NCBI GenBank assembly: GCA_963783375.1
Contig: CAWANH010000028.1
Coordinates: forward strand, 1,184,001 to 1,248,000
Origin: Candidatus Eiseniibacteriota bacterium
GTDB lineage: Bacteria; Eisenbacteria; RBG-16-71-46; JABDJR01
Direction of reading: 5' to 3'
Length of the DNA stretch: 64,000 nt
In this document: positions 29,803 to 40,000 of the stretch, piece by piece
Numbering within the stretch: position 1 is the stretch's first letter
How the letters are laid out: every line of letters starts with the position of its first letter
Program-made: the position numbers and the translations under genes
The notes under the pieces: generated by a model
Told to the model about the DNA's origin: nothing
The model's input: only the letters and a program-made list of their open reading frames with translations
Database searches by the model: none

Positions 29803-32800
29803 CCGTGACCGGGTCGCCGGGGGGGCGAGGTCCCGCGGGCCCGCGACGACTGAAGGCGGGGCCGGGCCCCTCGGTTCTGATCCTCGTCCTCGTCCTGGGC
29901 CTGGTCGGACTTCTCTGTGGCCGCAAGGGTGAGGGGGCGGGGACGCCGGACCCCCTCGCTCCCTTCGCCGGTCTGGCCCCGGACAGCCTCGCCGCCCGCC
30001 TCGCCGAGGCCCCGGCGGAGCACGCGGCGCGCTTCGATTCCCTCCTCGCCACCGGGGCGCTGACCGACCCGGCGCGGCGGCCGATCCTGGACGCGGTCGC
30101 CGCCGCCTACCTCGACGCCACCGGGGACTCGCTGCTGCTCGGGGATCTCGCCTTCTGCGAAGGCCGGCCGGAGAGCACGCGCACGGCCTGGGCCGCGGCG
30201 GTGGCCGCCGATCGGCGCGGGGTATTGCTCCGGGGAAACGGCGATTATGCCGGCTCCGCCGAGGCGCTTCGCGAGGCCGCCCTCGGCTACCGCGCGGTGG
30301 GTCATCTCCGGCGGGAGGCGGTGGCCTGGGGAACCCTGGGGGTCTCCCTCTGGTACACCGGGGACTTCAACGCGGTGGTCGATGCCTACCGGAACGCCCT
30401 CGACGCCCGCGAACGCCTGGGCGATCCGGTCCTGGTCGGGCGGACCCTGAACGGCCTCGGCTCGGCCAACCTTCAGCTCGGGAACTACGTCGAGGCGCTC
30501 CGCTGGTACGAGCGCGCCCGCGCGGTTCGGGAAACGCTCGGAGACGCCAACGACCTCGCCACCACCCTGGCCTACATCGGAAACGTCCGCTACCGGTTGG
30601 GGGACCTGATCGGGGCCCGCGAGGGCTACGCCGAAGCGCTCCGGGTTCTCGGCCCGAACGCGTCCTCCAAGTCGCTTTCCACCGCCCAGGTGGGCCTGGC
30701 CAACGTGATGTACGACCTCGGGGAGTACGAGGAGGCCCTGGCCCTCTACCGGGAGGTGGTGGAGCGGGCCGAGGCGGCGGGCGACCGGCGGCTGGTCGGG
30801 CTCACCCGGCAGAACCTCGCCCGGACCCTCACCGCGATGGGGGACTACGCCGGCGCGCTCGCCACCTTCGACCGGGCGCGGGAGGAGCAGGAGGCCCTTG
30901 GAGACCAGCGCCAGCTCGCGGTCACCCTGAACTCCCTGGGAAGCACCTACCGCCTCCTGGGCGACGTGCCCCGGGCCCTGGAGGAACTCAAGCGGGCGGA
31001 GAAGACCGCGGCCGGGGCGGGGGACGAGCTCACCCGGGCCAACGTGCTCTTGAACCTGGGCCTCGCCTACTCGGACTGGAAGCTACCCGAGCGGGGGCTC
31101 GAAGCCTGCGAACAGGCCCTGGCGCTGCACGAGACCCTGGCCGACACCGTGGGAATGCGCGGGGCGCTGGTGGGAGTCGGCATCAACCAGTGGATGCTCA
31201 AGGATTACGAGGGCGCCCTGGGACGGTTTCGCCGGGCCCTGGAGCTGGATCGCGCCCGGGGGCTGGACTCGAACGCGGCCGGCGACCGGATCCAGATCGG
31301 CAACACCCTCACCGACATGGGCGAGTTCGGGAAGGCGCTGGACGCCTATCGCGAGGCGGCCGCGGCCGGTGAGGAACTCGGAAGCCGCGATCTTCTCTGG
31401 CCGGCGTTCCTCGGGATGGCCGACGTCCACGAGAAGACCGGGGATCTCGCCCGCGCCGCGGACAGCAACGACCGGGCGATCGACGCCCTGGAGAGCGTCC
31501 GGGGTCACGCGCTCCCGGAGGAGACCAAGTCCGAGGCGCTCAGCCGCCGGGCCTACGTCTACGAGGCCCAGGAGCACGTGCTGGCCAAGCTCTACGCCGG
31601 GACCGGGGACCTGGACACCGTCCGCCGCGCCTTCGCGGTGGCCGAGCGGGGGAAGGCCCGGGCGCTCCTGGACCTGTTGGCCGAGGGACGGATCGACCCC
31701 GACGCCGGGCTCGACTCGGCCTCGGTGGGCGAACGCCGGCGCCGGGAGCGCGAGCTCACCGCCGCCCGCTACCGCCTGCGCCTGGCCACCGGCTCCGGAG
31801 TGGACGCCGACAGCCTGAAGACCCTGAAACGGGAGGTCGGCGACCGGGAGGGTGCCTACCAGGAGCTGCTCGAGCGGTTGCGGCTCCAGAACCCGAGCTT
31901 CGCCGCCGCCGATCCCGGCCGCCCCAAGAGCCTGTCCGAGATCCGCCGGGACCTCCTGAAGGACGACCGCGGGGTGCTCCTGGAGTACGCCCTGGGCGAC
32001 TCCGCGTCCTATCTCTGGGTGGTGACCCGCTCCGGGCTCGCCTTTCATGCGCTCCCTCCGCGGGCCGAGGTGGAGGGGGAGGTGCAGAAGCTCCGGGCGG
32101 GCCTGGTGGACCCGGGAACCGCCGGTGACGCCGCCTACCTGGACGCCGCCCACCGGCTCTACGCCATGCTCCTGAGCCCGGCGGCCACGGAGCTGGCCGA
32201 CGCCCGCGCGGTCGTCGTGGTCCCCGACGGCGCGCTCAACTTCATCCCCTTCGACGTGCTTCTGACCTCGGCCGCGGTCCCACCGGATCCCGACCTGGAC
32301 CCCGGGGCCCGGAATCGGTTCTTCGCCGGGCTCCCGTACGCGCTTCGCGGAGACCGCATCCGCTACGGCCCGTCGGCCACCACCCTCGCGGTGCTGGCGG
32401 GGGAGGAGTCGGCGCGGAGGAGGGGTCCGCGTCCGCCCATGGATCTCCTGGCGGTGGGGGACCCGGTGTTCGCCCCGCCTGAGGCCTCGGGGGAGGCGGA
32501 CTCGACCGGCAATGTGGGCCTTCGCGCGGCGGGGCTCGCGCCCCTTCCCTACACCCGCGAAGAGGTGAAGGAGATCGGAGCGGCGTTTCCCCCCGGGCAC
32601 ACCACCCTCCTGCTCGGGGACGAGGCGCGCGAGAGCACCCTGGCCGAGCCGGGCTATCTCGCCCGCTACCGAATCCTCCACTTCGCCACCCACGGCCTCA
32701 TCGATGAACGTCAGCCCGAGCGGTCGAGCCTCGCCCTGGCCTATCCCCGCGATCCCGCCGAGGACGGCTACCTCCACGCCGCCGAGATCTATCGCCTGCG

Positions 32801-33119
32801 CCTTCGCGCCGACCTGGTGGTGCTTTCCGCCTGCGAGACCGGCCTGGGGAAGACGCTACGCGGCGAAGGGGTGATGGGGCTTCCCCGCGCGTTCTTCTAC
32901 GCCGGGGCGCCGGCGGTGCTGGTGAGTCTGTGGAGCGTGTCCGATCGCTCCACCGCCCGGCTCATGTCCGCCTTCTATCAACGGCTGGAGGGAGAGGGGC
33001 TCTCGGCGGACGCGGCCCTGGCCGGAGCCAAGGAGAGCCTCAGGACCGGAGACCGCTTCGCCCACCCGTTCTACTGGGCTCCGTTCGTGATGATGGGGGT
33101 CGGAAGCGTGTCCCGGTAA
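29799..33119 (+). CDS. TPR-CHAT domain protease (clan CD) with N-terminal signal/TM segment
   Basis: Long TPR array; AERGKAR, LLEYAL, VPDGALNFIPF, catalytic ILHFATHG (32691) and LSACETG (32832), SLWSV, HPFYWAPF. Start TTG 29799 overlapping the upstream stop, or GTG 29805. Confidence 0.93.
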   Translation: MTVTGSPGGRGPAGPRRLKAGPGPSVLILVLVLGLVGLLCGRKGEGAGTPDPLAPFAGLAPDSLAARLAEAPAEHAARFDSLLATGALTDPARRPILDAVAAAYLDATGDSLLLGDLAFCEGRPESTRTAWAAAVAADRRGVLLRGNGDYAGSAEALREAALGYRAVGHLRREAVAWGTLGVSLWYTGDFNAVVDAYRNALDARERLGDPVLVGRTLNGLGSANLQLGNYVEALRWYERARAVRETLGDANDLATTLAYIGNVRYRLGDLIGAREGYAEALRVLGPNASSKSLSTAQVGLANVMYDLGEYEEALALYREVVERAEAAGDRRLVGLTRQNLARTLTAMGDYAGALATFDRAREEQEALGDQRQLAVTLNSLGSTYRLLGDVPRALEELKRAEKTAAGAGDELTRANVLLNLGLAYSDWKLPERGLEACEQALALHETLADTVGMRGALVGVGINQWMLKDYEGALGRFRRALELDRARGLDSNAAGDRIQIGNTLTDMGEFGKALDAYREAAAAGEELGSRDLLWPAFLGMADVHEKTGDLARAADSNDRAIDALESVRGHALPEETKSEALSRRAYVYEAQEHVLAKLYAGTGDLDTVRRAFAVAERGKARALLDLLAEGRIDPDAGLDSASVGERRRRERELTAARYRLRLATGSGVDADSLKTLKREVGDREGAYQELLERLRLQNPSFAAADPGRPKSLSEIRRDLLKDDRGVLLEYALGDSASYLWVVTRSGLAFHALPPRAEVEGEVQKLRAGLVDPGTAGDAAYLDAAHRLYAMLLSPAATELADARAVVVVPDGALNFIPFDVLLTSAAVPPDPDLDPGARNRFFAGLPYALRGDRIRYGPSATTLAVLAGEESARRRGPRPPMDLLAVGDPVFAPPEASGEADSTGNVGLRAAGLAPLPYTREEVKEIGAAFPPGHTTLLLGDEARESTLAEPGYLARYRILHFATHGLIDERQPERSSLALAYPRDPAEDGYLHAAEIYRLRLRADLVVLSACETGLGKTLRGEGVMGLPRAFFYAGAPAVLVSLWSVSDRSTARLMSAFYQRLEGEGLSADAALAGAKESLRTGDRFAHPFYWAPFVMMGVGSVSR

Positions 33120-33144
33120 GCCCATGGTCAATCTGGAACCAAGC

Positions 33145-33173
33145 TTGACTCAGTCGTCATCCTATTGTAATCT
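33145..33173 (+). promoter_or_regulatory. sigma70-like promoter TTGACT-N17-TAATCT
   Basis: Near-consensus hexamers with exact 17-bp spacing, ~295 bp upstream of 33469. Confidence 0.65.
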
Positions 33174-33468
33174 GTTCGCCACGCGTTCCCGGGACGCGAC
33201 TTACGGGGGGACCATGGCATCCAGTGCAGCTGCATCCGAGCCCCGTGTGCTGCCAGCCGACTTTCCGCGACCGGCCGAAGGTATTCGGTCGGATTCCCCC
33301 TGTTCGTCGTGACCGGCGACGCCTGTTCGACCACGCTCGAGTTCCGCGCGCTCCTGCCGCATTCCGGCGCGCGGATCGGTTTCTAGACAGGCCGCCCAGG
33401 ATTCCGACGCGATCCGCCCCCCGCGGACGATCCTTCGTTCGCCGACCCTTCGGGGTCGAGGAGGAGAC

Positions 33469-34068
33469 ATGCCTTCCCGACTGGTGAGAACCGCCCTCTT
33501 TCTGCTGTTCGGCATCGCTCTCGGTCTGGCGTCCGACGCTTCCGCCACCACGGTGGCGAAGCTCGGCCTGCGCGAGATGACCGCGGCGTCCTCCACCGTC
33601 ATCCACGGCACCGTGGTCTCGACCCGGTGCCGGTGGAACGATGACCGGAGCCTCATCCTCACCGACGTGCGGGTGCGGGTCGACGACGCGCTCAAGGGGA
33701 GCGCGGCGGCCACGGTCACCGTGGTCCAGCTCGGCGGCGCGATCGGAAAGCTCCAGGTGGACGTGCCCGGAGCCGCGGCCTTCCGGCCGGGGGAGGAGGC
33801 GATCCTCTTCCTGGTGCCGGATTCCCGGGGCGATCTCCACGTAGCGGGTCTCTCCCAGGGGCGGTTCGAGGTGGTGCGAAACCCGCGCTCCGGGAACCGG
33901 GAGGTTCTGGGGCTCGAGGAGGCGATCCCGGCGGCCGGAGCGCCCGCCGTCGGTGGCGTGCAGGTGCTCTCCGCGCCCGCCGCACCCACCGGGCCGGTCC
34001 CCCTGGACCGGTTCCTCGGTGATATTCGCTCCCTGATCCGGGACGTCGACGCCCGGGGAGGGAAGTGA
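33469..34068 (+). CDS. Secreted protein resembling the TIMP/OB-like partners of bacterial matrixins
   Basis: GAGGAG RBS; signal peptide; TTV...L.EM..S..VIHGTV, ILTDV..RV...LKG, GG.IG...VPG...F.PGEE.ILFL, GLSQGRF. Ends 2 nt before the giant gene. Confidence 0.7.
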   Translation: MPSRLVRTALFLLFGIALGLASDASATTVAKLGLREMTAASSTVIHGTVVSTRCRWNDDRSLILTDVRVRVDDALKGSAAATVTVVQLGGAIGKLQVDVPGAAAFRPGEEAILFLVPDSRGDLHVAGLSQGRFEVVRNPRSGNREVLGLEEAIPAAGAPAVGGVQVLSAPAAPTGPVPLDRFLGDIRSLIRDVDARGGK

Positions 34069-34070
34069 TC

Positions 34071-37000
34071 ATGAAGACCCGGCTTTCCCTTCTCCTGACC
34101 GTGCTTTTCACCCTCACCGCCTTCGGGATCGCCTCGGCCCAGTTCATTCCTCTCGTCACCCCGCCGCTGGACGATCCCGGAAGCGCCTTCGGGGCCACCA
34201 TCGGCGACTACGACGGCGACGGCCTCCCCGACATCTACCAGGTCCGCGGAAGCGGGGAGTCGAACCTCCTCATCCTGCAGACGAGCCCGGGCGTGTTCAC
34301 CGACGCCGCCGTCCCCCCGCTCGACGACACCGGCCCGGGTTCCGCGGCCGCGTGGGCCGACATCGACAACGACGGGGACCTGGACCTCTTCCTCTGCGAG
34401 AACGGCGCCCCCAACCGTCTCTTCAAGAACGACGGTGGCCTGGTCTTCATCGACATCACCCCGCCGGGGATGGACGATGCCGGGTTCGCGTTCGCGGCGG
34501 TGTGGGGGGACTACGACAACGACGGCGCGGTGGACCTCTACCTGGCCAACAACCTGGGCCAGGACCGCCTCTTCAAGGGGGACGGCGCCGGCGGGTTCAC
34601 CGACGTCTCGCTCACCTCCGGGATCTTCGTCGGCTCCTCCGACTCCCGGGGGGCGAGCTGGGGGGACTACGACGGGGACGGGCTGCTCGACCTCTACGTG
34701 GCGAACATCGGCGGTTCGAACTTCCTCTACCACAACGACGGGGGCGGAACGTTCAGCGAGGTCACCGGCACCCCCCTCGACGATCCCGCCTCCAGCGTGG
34801 GCGTGGCCTGGGGGGACTACGACAACGACGGCGATCCCGACCTCTACGTGGTCGAGCTCAACGATCCCAACCACCTCTTCCGGAACGACGGCGGCGGATC
34901 CTTCGCCGACGTGAGCGTGGCGGCGGGGGTGGACGATCCCGGGACCGGTTCCTGTCCGGCCTGGGGGGACTACGACAACGACGGGTACCTCGACCTCTAC
35001 GTGACCAACAACGGCGACAACGTGCTCTACCGGAACAACGGGAACGCGACGTTCAGCCCCGACGCCGGGTCGGGCACCGAGGACCCCGGCGCGGGCAATG
35101 CCGCGGCCTGGGGCGACATCGACCTGGACGGCGACCTGGACCTCTACCTGGCCAACGGCGGCTCGCCCAACGTCCTCTACCAGAACGACGCCACCGGCGG
35201 CAGCCACTGGCTGGAGCTGACCCTGGACGGGAACCTCTCGAACCGCGCGGCGATCGGAACCCGGGTGGTGCTGGTGGCCGGCGGGCTTACCCAGACGCGC
35301 GAGGTCTCGGGCGGCTCCGGGCTGGGCTCCCAGAACGCCCTCACCGTGTCCTTCGGGCTCGGGGGCGCGGCGACCGCGGACCGGGTCGAGATCCACTGGC
35401 CGAGCGGGATCGTGCAGGTCCTTACCGATGTGGCCGCGGACCAGCTCCTGAGCGTGACCGAATCCGGGGCGACCTTCGCCAACGTGACCGCGCCCCCGCT
35501 GGACTACAACGGCTCGAGCCGGGGGGTGGCCTGGGGGGACTACGACAACGACGGCGACCTCGACCTCTATCTCATGGCCGAGGCGTCGGGTGGAGACAAC
35601 CGGCTCTACCGGAACGACGGCGTGAGCGGCTTCGCGGACGTCACCAGCGGTCCCCTGGTGAACACGAGCTTCGGCGCGGCGGTGACCTGGGCCGACTACG
35701 ACAACGACGGCGACCTCGACCTCTGCCTGGCGAACTACACCGGGGTCAGGCTCCTCAGGAACGACGGCGTCTCCGGGTTCGTGGACGTGACCGCGTTCCC
35801 CATGGGAATCGACCACGGCACCCTGACCCTGGCCTGGGGGGACTACAACAACGACGGCCTCCTGGACCTCTTCCTGGCCAACAGCAACTACTCCGACCCG
35901 AATCAGCTGCTCCTGAACCAGGGGAGCGACGTCTTCGTGGACGCCACTCCCGGGGTTCTCGCCAACATCGGAAGCAGCGGCGCCGCGGCCTGGGGGGATT
36001 ACGACGGGGACGGGGACCTGGACCTGTTCGTGGGCGGCCAGCTGCCCAACGACGCCCTCTACCGGAACGACGGTGGAGGTGTGTTCGTCGACGTCACCTC
36101 GCCTCCGCTCGACAGCTCCCTGAACACCTTCGAGGCGAACTGGGTGGACTACGATGACGACGGGGATCCGGACCTCTCGATCACCCGCCTCGGAGACACG
36201 GGCCTCATCTACCGGAACGACGGGGGCGGGACGTTCGTGGAAGCCACCCCTCCCGCGTTGACGGCGGCGGGAACCGCCCAGGACCGGACCGCCTGGGAGG
36301 ACTACGACAACGACGGCGATCTCGACTTCTACCTGGTGAACAACTCCTTCGGCGGCCGGAACGCCCTCTACCAGAACCTGGGCGGGGGGAATTTCGCCGA
36401 CGCCACCGCACCGGTGATCGCGGACACGGCCGCCTACGGTCTCGGCCAGGGCGGGGCCTGGGGGGACTACGACGGGGACGGTGACGCCGACTTCTACCTC
36501 TCCAACCAGGCGGGGAACCGCCTCTTCCGGAACGACGACATCTCCGGGAACCACTGGCTCCGGGTGAAGCTCCAGGGAACGGCGTCCAACCGGCTGGGGG
36601 TCGGAGCCCGGGTGCGGGTGACGGCGGCCGGGCTCGGTTCACGGACCCGTTACGTCCAGGACCAGTCCACCCGGGGCGCGGAGCCGATCGAGGCCCGCTT
36701 CGGCCTGGGGACGGCGGTGACGGTCGACACCCTGGAGATCCGTTGGCCGAGCGGTGTGGTTCAGACCCTGACCGGCGTGAGCCCGGACCAGGTCGTCTCG
36801 ATAACCGAGGTCGCGCCGCTCTTCACCGACGTGACCGGGACGACGGGCGACCTGGGCGACGCCGGAAACGGCGAAGGCGCGGCCTGGGGCGACTACGACA
36901 ACGACGGGGACGACGATCTCTTCCTCACCAACTTCGGCCAGGCGGACAAGCTCTTCCGGAACGACGGCGGGACCTTCGTGGACGTGACCGCGTCGAGCGG

Positions 37001-40000
37001 CCCGGTGGGAGACGTCGGAGGCAGCGAAGGCGCGGCCTGGGGCGACTACGACAACGACGGATATCCGGACCTCTACGTCTCAACCCACGCCGCCCCCAAC
37101 CGGCTCTACCACAACAACCAGGACGGGACCTTCAGCGACGTGACCGTCCTGAGCGGCGCGGTCGGCGATCCGGGGAACGGGCGGGGGGTGGCCTGGGCCG
37201 ACTACGACAACGACGGTGACCTCGATCTCTTCCTGGCCAACTGGAACGACAGCAACCGGCTCTTCCGCAACGACGCGGGAGTGTTCGTGGACGTCATCGG
37301 CACGACCCCGCTCGGCGACGACGGGGGCACCGGCGGCGCGGTGTGGGGGGATTACGACAAGGACGGCGATCCCGATCTATACACCACCGACGACGCCGGT
37401 CCGAACCACCTCTACCGGAACGACGGGGGGGGGACGTTCGCCGACGTCTCGGCCGCGGCCGGGGTCGACAACGCCTCCTCGAGCCTCGGCGCCAGCTGGG
37501 GGGACTACGACGGCGACGGCGATCTCGATCTCTACGTGACCACCGCCGGCGGCAACAACCTCTACCGGAACGACGGAGGGACCTTCGCGGACGTGGCCGG
37601 GGCAGCCGGGGTGGCCTACAACGGAGCCTCGGGGCAGGCGGCGTGGGGGGACTACGATCACGACGGGGACCTCGATCTCTACGTGACCAACGTCAACGAG
37701 CCCAACCTGCTCTACCGGAACGACGGTGGAGGGACGTTCGCCGACGTGAGCGACTTCCCGGTGAACGACCCGGTCTGGAGCCAGGGCGCGGCCTGGGCGG
37801 ACGTCGACGGGGATGGGGACCTGGACCTCTACCTGGTGAACGGGAACAGCGACGCCAACCGGCTCTTCCGGAACGAATCCGCGGGCGGAAACCACTGGCT
37901 GGGGGTCAAGCTCGAGGGCACGATCTCGAACGCGTCGGGGATCGGGGCCTGGATCGAGGTGTCGGACGAGGCGAACACCTACATCCGGGAGGTCGCCTCG
38001 GGAACCGGTCTCTTCTGCCAGAACTCGCTGGCGGCCGATTTCGGCCTCGGTCCCGCCGCCACCTCGATGGACGTGATCGTCCACTGGCCGAGCGGGCTGG
38101 TGCAGACCGTGAACGGCGTGATCACCGATCAGGTCATCACCGTCGTGGAGACCCCGGAGCCGGGGGTGGCCTACGTCACCCCCAGCACCCATCCCAACCG
38201 CGGTGTCCTTTCCCTGACCGTGCACGGGGCGGACCTGGACAGCTCGCCCCCGGAGGCGATGCTGATCGCCACCGGGGAGCCCCCGGACACCCTGTTCGGC
38301 GCCCGCGTCGGCGACGCGGCGACGGATCAGGCCCTGTTCGACTTCGACCTGAGCGGGAGCCCCGAGCCCACCTACTACAACCTTGTCGTGACCACGAGCG
38401 GCGGTACCGGCTTCCTCCAGGCCGCGGTGGTGCTCTACGCGGACCCGGTGAAGCTCATCCGATCCACCACCTCCCCGGCCTTCTCCGAGCGCTTCCCGTC
38501 GTGGTCGCCGCCCGGATCGGGGACGGACAGCCTGCTCTTCATCTCCAACCGGGCCGTGAGCACCGATCTCTTCCTGAAGCCGGTCTACGACCTGGACACG
38601 GTGACGCTTCCCCGGCTCACCGACGGGTTCGAGGCTCGCTCGCCCGACTGGTCGCCGGCGGCGGACTCCGTGGTGTATGCCAACATCGACAACGGGAGCC
38701 TCTACGTGCAGTCGGTGAGCGGCGGCACGGCCGCGCCCCTCACCGCCGGATTCAACGACCTCCGTCCGGCCTGGTCCCCGGCCGGCGGGCAGGTGGTCTT
38801 CGAGCGCCGGATCGTGGATCACGACATCATCGTGCGGGTGAACACCGCCGGAACCGGCTCGACCAACCTCACGTCGAACGGGGCCGGCGACTTCGATTTC
38901 CAGCCCGACTGGTCTCCCGACGGGGCGACCGTCGTCTTCGGGCGGCATCTGAACGGCGAGACCGGGAACAGCATCGTCACCATGTCCTCGACGACCGGGG
39001 AGGCCGGCGGGGTGACCCCCCTGATCCCGGTGGACGGGTTCAACTACCTCACCCCGGTCTGGTCCCCGGACGGGAAGTGGATCGCCTTCGCCTCGGACCG
39101 GTCGGGGAACTACGACCTGTGGGTGATGGACGCCCGAGGCCCCGGTTTCGGCCTCTACCAGGTCACCACCGATGGGGCCAACGACGCCGAGCCCACCTGG
39201 AGCCGGGACAGCCGCTCCATCGCCTTCGTCTCCACCCGGGGCGGGCTCGAGGACATCTACGTGGCCTCGAACCTTCCGATGGATGTGGACACCGACGGGG
39301 ACGGCCTCCCCGACGGCGTGGACGCCTGCCCCACCGAGGCCCCGCTCCTGGGCCAGGTGGACCGGGACTACGACGGTTGCCCCGACTCGACCTCGAGCTT
39401 CCGCTTCGTGAAGTTCTGGTCGGCGGACCAGCTCCCGGTGAACTACGAGATCGACGCCGCCGGCGATCCCCGGATCGGCGACGGGAGCGACCTGACCGAA
39501 GTCGCAGCCGGTTTCAACGCCTGGACCGCGGTGCCGGGGGTGCCCCTGACCGGGGGACAGGTGACTCCGCCGGGGGGCGCGCTTTCGAACGCGGTTTCCG
39601 GCGACGGCCGGAACTCCATCACCTTCTCGGACCCCGACGGGTTCCTCTACGGCATCCTGGCCATCACCCCGACCACCACGGTGACCGGGGATACCATGAT
39701 CGGGGGGCGGACCTACCGTCCGGGAGAGATCGTGGACGCGGATATGCTGTTCAATACCGCGTTCTTCGAGTTCTCGACCCCGACCTTCAATCCGGGACCC
39801 CAGGCCTTCGACATCCGGAGCGTGGCCACCCACGAGTTCGGCCATTTCTTCGGGATGTCCCACTCCTCGGTCTCCACCTCCACCATGTTCTACGTGGTGC
39901 CGCGGGGAACCGGGGCCCGGAGCCTGGAAGAGGATGACCTGGTGCTCACCCGGCGTGGATACGCGAGCACCCCCCCGGTGCTGAGCGCCGAGGGACGGAT

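Noticed and set aside
29799-33119. CHAT protease as part of a Craspase (type III-E) or gasdermin defence system
   Set aside because: No Cas7-11, Csx30/31, array or gasdermin-like gene is visible, and the protein appears to be exported.
34140-38150. Regularly recurring GGGGACTACGACAACGACGG-type DNA repeats as a CRISPR array or DGR
   Set aside because: They are in-frame coding FG-GAP repeats with variable sequence; no cas genes, reverse transcriptase or adenine-specific TR/VR pair.
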